Shown here piece after piece: positions 52,421 to 64,000 of a stretch of 64,000 nucleotides of DNA. This stretch comes from Felis catus (Eukaryota), in assembly GCF_018350175.1 (NCBI RefSeq), contig NC_058383.1, forward strand, positions 16,494,001-16,558,000. The letters run 5' to 3'. The stretch's first letter is position 1. Every line of letters starts with the position of its first letter. A model generated the notes under the pieces. The model had not been told where the DNA came from and did no database searches. It saw only the letters and a list, made by a program, of their open reading frames with translations. The position numbers were made by a program, and so were the translations under genes.

Positions 52421-55400
52421 GGAAGATGGCAGTGTAGGAGGATGCTGGGCTCACCGCGTCCTCCTGATCACTTAGATTCCACCGACATCTGCCTAAATAA
52501 CCCACAAAACTGCCAGAAGACTAGCAGAATGGACTTTCCAGAGCCAAGCATAGACGAGAGGCCCACAGAAGAGGGTAGGAAGGGCAGAGAGGCGGTGCGT
52601 GTTACACGGATTGGTGGGAGGGAGCTGGGGCAGTGGAAGGACAGCCTGCCCAGCAAGGCAGAGCCACTGAGTCTGACTTGCAAAACCAGAGGGTCTAGAT
52701 GGAGTGAGTTCTGACAGCCAGCGGGACTTAACATCTGGAATGTTAAAAGTCAGCAGCTCTGCTCAGAGAGTGGGAGGGCAAGAGGACACTGGGAGGGAGA
52801 GTTGTTGAGCCCCGGAAGACAGAGCTCAGCTTGGTGGAGAAGAAAAGCACTGGCCAGCGCCAACTCCCTCTCCCATCCCCCAGCCGAAATCCCAAAGGGA
52901 ACCAGTTCCCGACATGGAACTTCCTTGCACCATGCAAACACCCAATGCTGTACTTCTGTGGTTCCATCCCTCTGACGGGTCTGCCTCCCTCCTGATGCTA
53001 CAGGGCCCCTCCCGCAGGGAACTACCAATGGCAAAGTGAGCTAAGCCTGCCCCTCCCGCCCCTGTGCACCTGGTGGATCCACCCCAGCTAATATGCCAGA
53101 TCCCATCAAAGAAGCACCACAAGCTGGCAGTGTGCAAGGAACCCAGGCAGGGACCATACTACACCACAGTGAGTCCTGCCCCTGGGAGAGGGGAAGATAA
53201 GGTACACAACAGTCTGACTGTGGCCCCAGGGGTGGGCTGGGGACACACATCGGGTCTGACTGTGGCCCTGCCCACCAAGTTACTCCAGACAGCACAGGGG
53301 AAGTGCCCTGCAGTTTGGTGCCACTGCAGGAACTATCCAAAATGATGAAATGGAAGAATTCTCCTCAAAAGGAACTCCAGGAAGTAGTGACAACTAATGA
53401 ATTGATCCAAAATGATTTAAGCAATATAACAGACCATGAATTTAGAATAATAGTCATAAAATTAATCGCTAGGCTTGAAAAAAGTATACAGGACAGCAGA
53501 GAATCTATTACTACAGAGATCAAGGGACCAAGAAACAGTCAGGAGGAGCTAAAAAATGATATAAATGAGGTGCAAAATAAAATGGAGGTGACCGCAGCTC
53601 GGATTGAAGAGGCAGAAGAGAGAATAGGTGAATTCGAAGATAAAATTATGAAAAAAGAAGAAGCTGAGAAACAGAGAGATAAAAAAAAATCCAGGAGTAT
53701 GAGGGGAGAATTAGAGAACTAAGTGATGCAATCAAGCACAACAATATCCGTATAATAGGGATTCCAGAAGAGGAAGAGAGAGAGAAAAGGGCTGAAGATG
53801 TACTAGAACAAATCATAGTTGAGAACTTCCCCAATCTGGGGAAGGAAACAGGCATTGAAATCCAAGAGGCACAGAGAACTCCCTTCAGAAGTAACTTGAA
53901 TTGATCTTCTGTGTGACATATCACAGTGAAACTGACAAAATATAAGAATAAAGAGAAAATTCTGAAAGCAGCTAGGGATAAACACGCTCTAACATAAAGG
54001 GAGACGGATAAAACGCGTGACGGATCTATCTACTGAAACTTGGCAGACCAGAAAGGAATGGTAGGAAATCTTCAATGTGATGAACAGGAAAAATATACAG
54101 CCGAGAATCCTTTATCCAGCAAGTCTGTCATTTAGACTAGAAGGAGAGATAAACGTCTTCCCAAACAAAAACTGAAGGAATTCATCACCACTAAACCAGC
54201 CCTACAAGAGATCCTAAGGGGGATTCTGTGAGTGAAATGTTGCAAGGACCACAAAGGACCAGAGACATCACTACAAGCATGAAACCTACAGACATCACAG
54301 TGACTCTAAACCCATATCTTTCAATAATAACACTGAATGTAAATGGACTAAATGCACCAACCAAAAGACATAGGGTATCAGAATGGATAAAAAAAAACAA
54401 GACCCATCAAGTTGCTGTCTACAAGAGATTTATTTTAGACATGAGGACACCATCAGATTGAAAGTGAGGGGATGGAGAACTATCACGCTACTGGAAGTCT
54501 AAAGAAAGCTGGAGTAGCCATACTTATATCAGACAAACTAGACTTCCAATAAAGTCTGTAACAAGAGATGAAGAAGGGCTTTATATAATAATTATAGGGT
54601 CTATCCATCAGGAAGAGCTAACAATTATAAATGTCTATGTGCCGAATACGGGAGCCCCCAAATATATAAAACAATCACAAACATAAGCAACCTTATTGAT
54701 AAGAATGTGGTAATTGCAGGAACTTTAATACTCTACAACATTGGATCGATCATCTAGACACAGGATCAATAAATAAGGGCCCTGAAATTATGGAAAGAGC
54801 CTAAATGTCCATCAACTGATGAATGGATTTAAAAATTGTGGTTTATATACACAATGGAATACTACGTGGCAATGAGAAAAAATGAAATATGGCCTTTTGT
54901 AGCAACGTGGATGGAACTGGAGAGTGTGATGCTAAGTGAAATAAGCCATACAGAGAAAGACAGATACCATATGGTTTCACTCTTATGTGGATCCTGAGAA
55001 ATTTAACAGAAACCCATGGGGAGGGGAAGGAAAAAAAAAGAGGTTAGAGTGGAGAGAGCCAAAGCATAAGAGACTGTTAAAAACTGAGAACAAACTGAGG
55101 GTTGATGGGGGGTGGGAGGGAGGGGAGGGTGGGTGATGGGTATTGAGGAGGACACCTTTTGGGATGAGCACTGGGTGTTGTATGGAAACCAATTTGACAA
55201 TAAATTTCATATATTAAAAAAAATAAAAAATAAAAAAATGCAAATAAAATACAATAAAATAAACAAGGGCCCTGGATGATACATTGGATCAGATGGACTT
55301 GACAGATATATTTAGAACTCTGCATCCCAAAGCAACACAATACACTTTCTTTTTGAGTGCACATGGAACATTCTCCAAGATAGATCACATACTAGTTCAC

Positions 55401-57983
55401 AAAACAGCCCTTCATAAGTATACGAGAATTGAGATCATACCATGCATAATTTCAGACCACACTACGATGAAGCTTGAAATCAACCACAGGAAAAAGTCTG
55501 GAAAACCTCCAAAAGCATGGAGGTTAAAGAACACCATAATAAAGAATGAATGGGTCAAACCGGCAATTAGAGAAGAAATTTAAAAATACATGGAAACAAA
55601 TGAAAATGAAAATACAACAATCCAAATGCTTTGGGATGTAGCAAAGGCAGTCCTGAGAGGAAAATACATTGCAATCCAGGCCTATCTCAAGAAACAAGAA
55701 AGCTCCCAAATACAAGATCTAACAGCACACCTAAAGGAACTAGAAGCAGAACAGCAAAGACACCCCAAACCCAGCAGAAGAAAACAAATAAAGATCAAAG
55801 CAGAAATATACGATATAGAATCTAAAAAAAATGTAGAGCAGATCATTGAAACCAAGAGTTGGTTTTTTGATAAAATAAACAAAATTGATAAACCTCTAGC
55901 CAGGCTTCTCAAAAAGAAAAGGGAGATGACCCAAATAGATAAAATCATGAATGAAAATGGAATTATTACAACCAATCCCTCAGAAATACAAGCAATTATC
56001 AGAGAATACCATGAAAAATTACATGCCAACAAACTGGACAACCTGGAGGAAACGGAAAAATTCCTAAGCACCCACACACTTCCAAAGCTCACATGAAGAA
56101 ATAGCTTGAACTGACCCATAACCAGTGAAGAAATTGAATCAGTTATCAAAAATCTCCCAACAAATTAGAGTCCAGGACCAGATGGCTTCCCAGAGGAATT
56201 CCACCAGATATTTAAAGCAGAGATAATGCCTATCCTTCTCAAGCTATTCCAAAAAATAGAAAGGGAAGGAAAACTTCTAGACTCATTCTATGAAGCCAGC
56301 ATTACTTTGATTCCCAAACTAGACAGAGACCCAGCAAAAAAAGAACTTCAGGCCACTATCTCTGATGAATATGGATGCAAAAATTCTCAATAAGATACTA
56401 GCAAATTGAATTCAACAGCATGTAAAAAAGATTATCCACCATGATCAAGTGGGATTCATTCTTGGGCTGCAGGGCTGATTTAATATTCACAAATCAATCA
56501 ATGTCATACATCGCTTTAATAAAATAAAAGGTAAGAACCATATGGTCCTGTCAATAGATGCAGAAAAAGCATTTGACAAAATACAACATCCTTTCTTGAT
56601 GAAAATCCTCAAGAAATTTGGATGAAAGAACATACCTAAATATCATAGAAGCCCACAGCTTTTATGAAAAACTGAGAGCTTTCCCCCTGAAATCAGCAAC
56701 ACGACAGGGATGTCCACTCTCACCACTGTTGTTTAACATAGTATTTGAAGTCCTAGCATCAGCAATCAGACAACAAAAGGAAGTCAAAGGCATCAAAATT
56801 GGCAAAGATGAAGTAAAACTTTCACTTTTTGGAGATGACATGATACTCCACATGGAAAACCTGACAGACTCCACCAAAAGTCTGCTAGAACTGATACATG
56901 GGCTCAGCAAAGTAGCAGGATATAAAATCAATGTACAGAAATCAGTTGCATCCTTATACACCAATTATGAAGCAACAGAAAGACAAAGAAACTGATACCA
57001 TTCACAATTGCACCAAGAAGCATAAAATACCTAAGAATAAACCTAACCAAAGATGCAAAAGATCTGTATGCTGAAAACTATAAAAAGCTTAAGAAGGAAA
57101 TTGAAGAAGACATAAAGAAATGGAAAAACATTCTGTGCTCATGGATTGGAAGAATAAATATTGTTAAAATGTCAATAATACCCAAAGCAATCTACACATT
57201 CAGTGCAATCCCAATCAAAATTGCACCAGCATTCTTCTCGAAGCTAGAACAGGCAATCTTAAAATTTGCATGGAACCACAAAAGGCCCCGAATAGCCACA
57301 GTAATTTTGAAGAAGACCAAAGCAAGAGGCATCACAACCCCAGACTTTAACCTCTACTACAAAGCTGTAATCATCAAGACAGCATGGTATGGGCACAAAA
57401 ACAGACACATAGACCAATGGAATCGAATAGAGACTCCAGAATTGGACCCACAAATGTATGCGCAAGTATTTTTTGACAAAGCAGGAAAGAATATCCGATG
57501 GAAAAAAGTCTCTTTAACAAACGGTGCTGGGAGAACTGGAAAGCGACATGAGAAGAATGAAACGAGATCACTTTCTTACACCATTCACAAAAATAAACTC
57601 AAAATGGATAAAGGACATGAATGTGAGACAGGAAACCATCAAAACCCTAGAGGAGAAAGCAGGAAAACACCTCTCTGACCTCAGCCGCAGCAATTTCTTA
57701 CTTGACACATCTCCAAAGGCAGGGGGATTAAAAGCAAAAATGAACTATTGGGACTTCATGAAGACAAAAGTCTTCTGCATTGCAAAGAAAACAATCAACA
57801 AAACTAAAAGGCAACCAACAGAATGGGAAAAGATATTTCCAAATGACCTATTGGACAAAAGGCTAGTATCCAAAATCTATAAAGAGCTCACCAAACTCCA
57901 CACCCAAGAAAACAAATAATACAGTGAAGAAATGGGCAAAAAAACATGAATAGACACTTTTCTAAAGAAGACATCCAGATGGC
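52421..57983 (+). mobile_element. Young-type L1 with intact 5' end, inactivated and 3'-truncated
   Basis: Starts ggaagatggc with the same 5'UTR type as 4940. ORF1 53303..53722; ORF2 fragments to 57919. Ends abruptly at gacatccagatggc with no 3'UTR or tail. Confidence 0.95.
54785..55264 (+). mobile_element. 5'-truncated L1 (~480 bp) nested in the endonuclease region of the host L1
   Basis: ORF2 end, 3'UTR and A-tail. TSD aagggccctg at 54775-54784 and 55265-55274. Confidence 0.93.
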
Positions 57984-58005
57984 AGTGCAGAAGCTTTTTA
58001 TCTTC

Positions 58006-61000
58006 TTTACACATACCAAACATTCATTATGCACACACACACACAGAATACGTATGACACTGATGAATACATATGACACACACACCAAAAAACACATACA
58101 ACACAGACATACACATGTACACCATAGGTGTACCTCCCACACACTCCATGTATACAACACCCATGCTAAATAGACACGACACAAAGCATAGCCACCCCAA
58201 TTTTACACCACAACACCATACACTCATATGTACCATATATAGAAGACATATATTTCACTAACATACCTTACATACACAATTCCACAGCATATACATCACA
58301 AACACACTATAATATCACCACACCTTAAACATGTGTGTTTAAACACACATACCCTACATATGTCAATCACTGTACCACAAATACAGACAAATAACACCTA
58401 TACACACTACACAGACCACACTTACTCTGTGTATACTGCACATGTAAACCGCATTTACAACTCATATATACCACACACAGACGATTCACATACACCACAT
58501 TATAACCAATACTAAGATCTATACACACACTGCACACACCACAGATGTTACACACACAAATACACACAAAGCACGAACCATACACCTATACTGCAGACAC
58601 ACTGCACATATTCAACACACATACTCAAATGCACCACACAAATACCACTCACAAGGACACATACTTCACACTCACACCTACCCACCACACAACACCTTAT
58701 TCAACACACACACACATATACACCACCCAAATATCACTCACAGGAACACATACTTCACACACACCACACCACACCTTCACCACAAATACACAGCACATAT
58801 ACCTCATGCATGCTCAGCACACACTCACCACACACAACACATATTCCATACACACATACCAGACTCCACTTATTTTCCATATATACAACACACACAGAAA
58901 ACACATGCACCATACACACAAAACACACACCACTCTCACACAACAGATACACTATTCTTTCACAGAAATACACACACACCACATATACTCCACAGAACCA
59001 CCACATAAACACCAAAAAAAACAGGTATATCAGTTTCACCACACACCCTACACATACATGAACCACACCTACAACACTCGTATTTCACAGACGCCGCACA
59101 CAAGACACTCAACATAAATACCACCACACATATTCCCAATGTTATAATACACATATTCCACATATACCACAAACGCACACATACCACACATACACCAAAC
59201 ATTATGACACATACAGCAATGTATACACACAGTATGCATATGCCACACACATTACACATACAGTATTACTGCACATATAACATGCCTGTACAAAAATACA
59301 ACACACATGACACATATTCAACACATGCCACAGACATATATACCACACACACAAACAACATACGTGTCATACGATAACCATCCACATGGCACACAATCAC
59401 AAACTACACAGACACCACGTTCACACCACAGATACACCACACACACAAATATCACACATGATTAACACATACCAAAAAATCCTTACTGACACAAATAGAC
59501 CTAGTCTACATCAATGCTGCACACATGCCACACACACTACATACACCACAAAGAAAATCCTTTTACACCCAGGCCAAACACACACTACACATACACAAAC
59601 ACATACATTACACACACACCACAAATATACCACACACACAGCATACACCTACCAACACACACCACACATGTAATTACTTCTACCACAGAACACCACACAT
59701 GCAAACTTGCACACATACATCACAAAGAACAACCACACATACACCACACATGTGACACACAAACCTATTATATCACAAACAGCTCAAATACACCACACCA
59801 TAATACACAAAAACACACAAAATACACATCATGCAAACACCACACATATTGCACACGCATCTCACATACACCACACCTAAGACATGCATATATTGCTCAC
59901 ATACGTCACTCCCTCAACACGCAGAAACACATAACTACGCACTCAATGCACACAAAACACATAACACACAGACCGCCACACACGCATCACTCAGTCCCTT
60001 CAAACAAGGATTGCATATACCATACACAACACACATACAACAAGCACCAACCACACACCACACTCACCACACACACACACCACATATAAACCAGATCACC
60101 TAACATAAAACACACAAGAGATAGGCACCACACACACTAAACAAGCACCACAAACACACCACACAAATACAGGTGTAGCACAGATTTACACCACATATGC
60201 ACAATAGATAAATATATACACATATACAGCATCCACGTGACAAAAATACATTAAGTTCACTTAATCTATTTGCCATAATGTCACCACACTCACCAATGCA
60301 CACTACAACACACTGCTAAAAAATATCACACCCAATACACACATAAAAAAGACATATATCTCACAGGCAAATGCCAGACACACACCACACACTATCACAT
60401 GTAAGCCCAGGCGTCAAAAATTCTCAGATACTTGGGGCGCCTGGGTGGCTCAGTCAGTTAAGCATCTGACTTCGGCTACGGTTATGGTCTCACATGGGTT
60501 CGAGGCCCACATTGGCCTCTGTGCTGACAGCTCAGAGCCTGGAGCCTGCTTCAGATTCTGTGAATCCCTCTCTCTGCCCCTCTCCCGCTTGTGCTCTCTC
60601 TCTCAAATAAATATTAAAAATCTACAGACACAGTAAAAGTCCACAGATACACAAAAAATATACCACACTTAGAAACACATACCAAACATGGAGCCACACA
60701 CATAGAAAGTCGGCATACACATCAAAAACACACTATATATATATACACAACATGTACACATGTTAATGACACATATGACATGCACACCACACATCAGACA
60801 CATGACATAAGCCCAAACACATGCACACATATACCAAAAACACCAGCCATACATATATCCCACAGGACACACAAACCAAACAGGCAACCAACAGCAAACA
60901 TAGGCCACAGAATTCATATAACCTATATGTCATATTGGTAACACAAACTGAAAGGACAGCACATATTAGCCCATACAGATATGTCACACATGCACCATAG

Positions 61001-62362
61001 TTACACCACAAACACATTTCATATTGATACAAAACCACATGCTAAATAGACACCACACACAGCATATATCTCACCACACAGACAACACACATACACATGC
61101 ACATATTCACCATACTTAACTCACACATATACAACACATTCTCCTCACATAAACATAAACCACACATACACTGCACACACAAACCACACACAACAAAGAC
61201 AACAGATACAGCACACATATTCTACACATCAAAACATAGCACACCTACCAAACATATATTACCTATAACCAACACACACTACAGTAGATTCAACTATGCC
61301 GCACTTACTACACACATCAAACCCATATCACGGACACAAATACACACCACAAATAGCACACAAGAACACCACAAGTAGGAAACAAAATATGACCACATAT
61401 ACTACAAGCACAGAATCATTACACTACACCTTACACTCAACAGAGATAAACCATGCAGATACCATACACACAAACTCCACACATACTGCATAAAACCCCA
61501 CATATACCACAACTCATACCACACATACTCCCACACATCACAAACATAACACACCTATCCCACACACACAGACAATCCAATTTCCCTGCACACATACTGC
61601 ACAAACACACACCAAATACACACTATGAACACAAGACACTTTGCAACCCACGACTATAACAATTCCATTCCATGCCACAAAGCATATACTGCATTCAACC
61701 ACAAATATGTATTACACACATCACAAAACAAACACCACACAAAGATTGCACATATACCACACACTGCACACAAACTATATATACAACACATACACACAAC
61801 ACCCACACAACTCATATCCTGCACATAAAAGACACATATGGAGCATGTCATATCATTTACACTAAACAGACAAATATATGCACAAGAAACACAACATATA
61901 AATTCCATGCACATGATACATACACCACACCACAACGCACATGCCAGAGACACACGCACACACACTATAGGCGCTACAAAAATCTTACTTGTCACAGAGA
62001 AACACACAAACACTTTTCCCACACCAGACATATACTGCAAATATATTGTATATATACCAAAAACATGTGGGCATGCATACACAAACCACATGCATGCCAA
62101 AAACACCACGCATATCACCCTTCGATCACATATACACGATAAATATATAACACACACTATGATACCTAAAACCCATACTGAACACAAAGGCATACCATAC
62201 ATATACCAGAAACACAATGTAGGACACACATACTGCACAAAACACCATAAAATCAACAATCACATATATACAACAAAAATATAGAAAGGAGAGCACATGG
62301 ACAGCACATTTACTACATAGATGCCAAATATTCACAAGATATAAAACAAACAAAAAATACAC
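58006..62362. repeat. ~4.4-kb CA-rich, G-poor low-complexity tract
   Basis: Degenerate cac/aca/ata motifs with strong strand asymmetry. Generates spurious His/Thr-rich and Cys/Val-rich ORFs. Confidence 0.92.
60434..60620 (+). mobile_element. Feline CanSINE within the CA-rich tract
   Basis: ggggcgcctgggtggctcagtcagttaagc head, CT linker and short tail. Confidence 0.93.
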
Positions 62363-64000
62363 AGCTCCGTGCCTTAAGGGACGCTGCAGACACTGCTGAC
62401 ACGAGGGAAGCAAGATGGGTTCTCGTAGAAGGATTGCCCATCGTGTCTTTCGAGCGAGTTCTGCATCCGGTGATGTCGTCGTATGGCCACACCGAGGTTT
62501 TCCCACACCCTTGACTGTGTGAAACGAGGTGTCCGTCCGTGGGACAGGTGGAGTCACCATAGTGTGGTCTCTCCAGATGAGCTTAGGACAGTCAAACGCC
62601 CAGGGTCGGTACACCTACTCCCACACTTCTGACTTCCCGGAGTCCACTGAGGCCAAGTGCGGTCGGTTACCGCACAGCCTTGCTTCTGGGAGATGCACAT
62701 GGGGCGCCTCCCTGTGAGTCCCTGCAAGCATTTCCAACCCTTGTAACTTTAGGGGAAGGAGAAGTTGGTCGACATCTGGATCCCGCCCCCTGTTGGCTGC
62801 ACAGCCTTGAGGGCACGGGGCTCGGCTCGTCGGCCCCACCGGGCTTCTCAGCAGACAGTTCGTGCTTAGGGAAATGGGGTGTCAGTTGAAAGAGGCCCTC
62901 CGCACGAGTGTGCTTCCCCGAGATGAGTCGAGGGGACAGGCCCTGGCGGCCCCGCGGTGCTCTACAGCAAGGTCGGTTACCACACAGCCTTGTATCTGGG
63001 AGATGCACATGGGGCGCCTAATGTGAGGCCCCGCAATCATTTCCAACCCTTGTAACTTTAGGGGAAGGAGAAGTTGGTCGACTTCTGGACACCGCCCCCT
63101 GTTGGCTGCACAGCCTTGAGGGCACGGGGCTCGCCTCGTCGGCCCCGCCGGGCTTCTCAGCAGACAGTTCTTGCTTAGGGAAACGGGGTGTCAGTTGAAA
63201 GAGGCCCTCCGCACGAGTGTGCTTCCCGGAGCTGAGTCGAGGGGACGGGCCCTCTCGGCCCCGCAGTGCTCTCCAGCAAGCACTTCCGCCTTAGTGGAAC
63301 AACGTGTTGGTTGAAAGCTGGCTGTCCCCAACTGGAGTTTCTCTGGCAGAGTTCAGTCCCTGGGACTTTTCAGGCAGGCATGGCAGACTATTTCCAAGGC
63401 TTCTTCCTTCGTGAAGGGAGAAGGAAAGAGGGTGGTCCCACACTGAGGTTTCACAGAGTGGAGGCTCTAGCATTGCCCTGCGAATTGACCGAGGGGTTGG
63501 AAAGCCTGCCAACCTGTTGCAACCAGGCGTTGCTGAGCTGAAAAAGGCTTCCCACCGTGCTGTGTTTCACTCTGTGGCTCTTTGCTGCCTGGCTTCGCAC
63601 AGCTTTGCACACACGTCTAGCTTTGGGAAACGAGAGGGTCGTCACAGCAAGGATGCAGCCCAGTGTCGTTTCACCACAAGAGTGTGAGGCAGTCTCCGCA
63701 CAGGTCACGCCTCATTTCCCAGACACTTGTCAGTTGGGGAAACCCCAATATGTGTGAAACGCGTATCGCCGGACCGTGGTTCCACACAGCTCCCTTGGTG
63801 GACACGTCGTGTTCAGCGCCCCCGTCTCAGTGTTTCCAAGGCTTCTAACTGTGGGAACCAAGATGTTCGTTCCAAGCGGGATCTTATGGCCCCACTCCGA
63901 AACCACCCCACAAGCACACTCCCACGGTCTTCCTTCCTGCACCTCAGCCCAGGGAGCTTACCATGTCGGCCAGCGTCAGTTTCCCAACACTTGTGTACCT
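62363..64000. repeat. GC/CpG-rich degenerate satellite-like array, monomer ~113-120 bp; runs off the window end
   Basis: A recurring (tt)cca-n-ac-n-ctt...ggga(a)-like motif at ~62405, 62519, 62639, 62753, 62869, 63179, 63294, 63411, 63625, 63738 and 63853. Confidence 0.65.
62661..63280. repeat. Recent direct tandem duplication, 2 x 310 bp
   Basis: ggtcggttacc starts at 62661 and 62971. The units align without gaps and with scattered substitutions. Confidence 0.95.

Noticed and set aside
3839..60620. tRNA genes
   Set aside because: All A/B-box-like segments are heads of tRNA-derived CanSINEs followed by CT linkers and A-tails.
57946..62614. His/Thr-rich and Cys/Val-rich ORFs up to ~200 aa
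   Set aside because: Expected by-products of CA/TG low-complexity sequence with few stop codons. No domain motifs or splice structure.
62363..64000. FA-SAT satellite, CRISPR-like array or rRNA gene
   Set aside because: No TAACCC-rich ~480-bp monomer as I recall for FA-SAT, no identical repeats with unique spacers, and no recognisable rRNA motifs.

Overview
Repeat-dense mammalian genomic DNA, almost certainly from a cat (Felidae), judging by the feline CanSINE and carnivore LINE-1 sequences. The only host coding sequence I can support is four consecutive + strand exons of a SEPT6-group septin, best matching the last four coding exons of SEPTIN14 (19464-19560, 20852-21020, 29881-30013, 39128-39307). 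They splice into one open 192-aa frame, and one donor site is GC. Most of the rest is nested, decayed L1, CanSINEs, two solo LTRs, MER5/L2 relics and microsatellites. An L1 is cut abruptly at ~57985, followed by a 4.4-kb CA-rich low-complexity tract and then a CpG-rich degenerate ~115-bp satellite to the end of the window. The most striking structure is two tail-to-tail L1s with diverged ends that share a ~3.58-kb near-identical, apparently indel-free inverted tract (13623-17199 / 21461-25037). It brackets two septin exons and is a candidate gene-conversion-maintained palindrome, pre-mRNA stem and inversion substrate. A 1.12-kb solo LTR just past the septin stop codon carries an internal ~108-bp inverted repeat. 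Two distant L1s share the same frameshift lesions.
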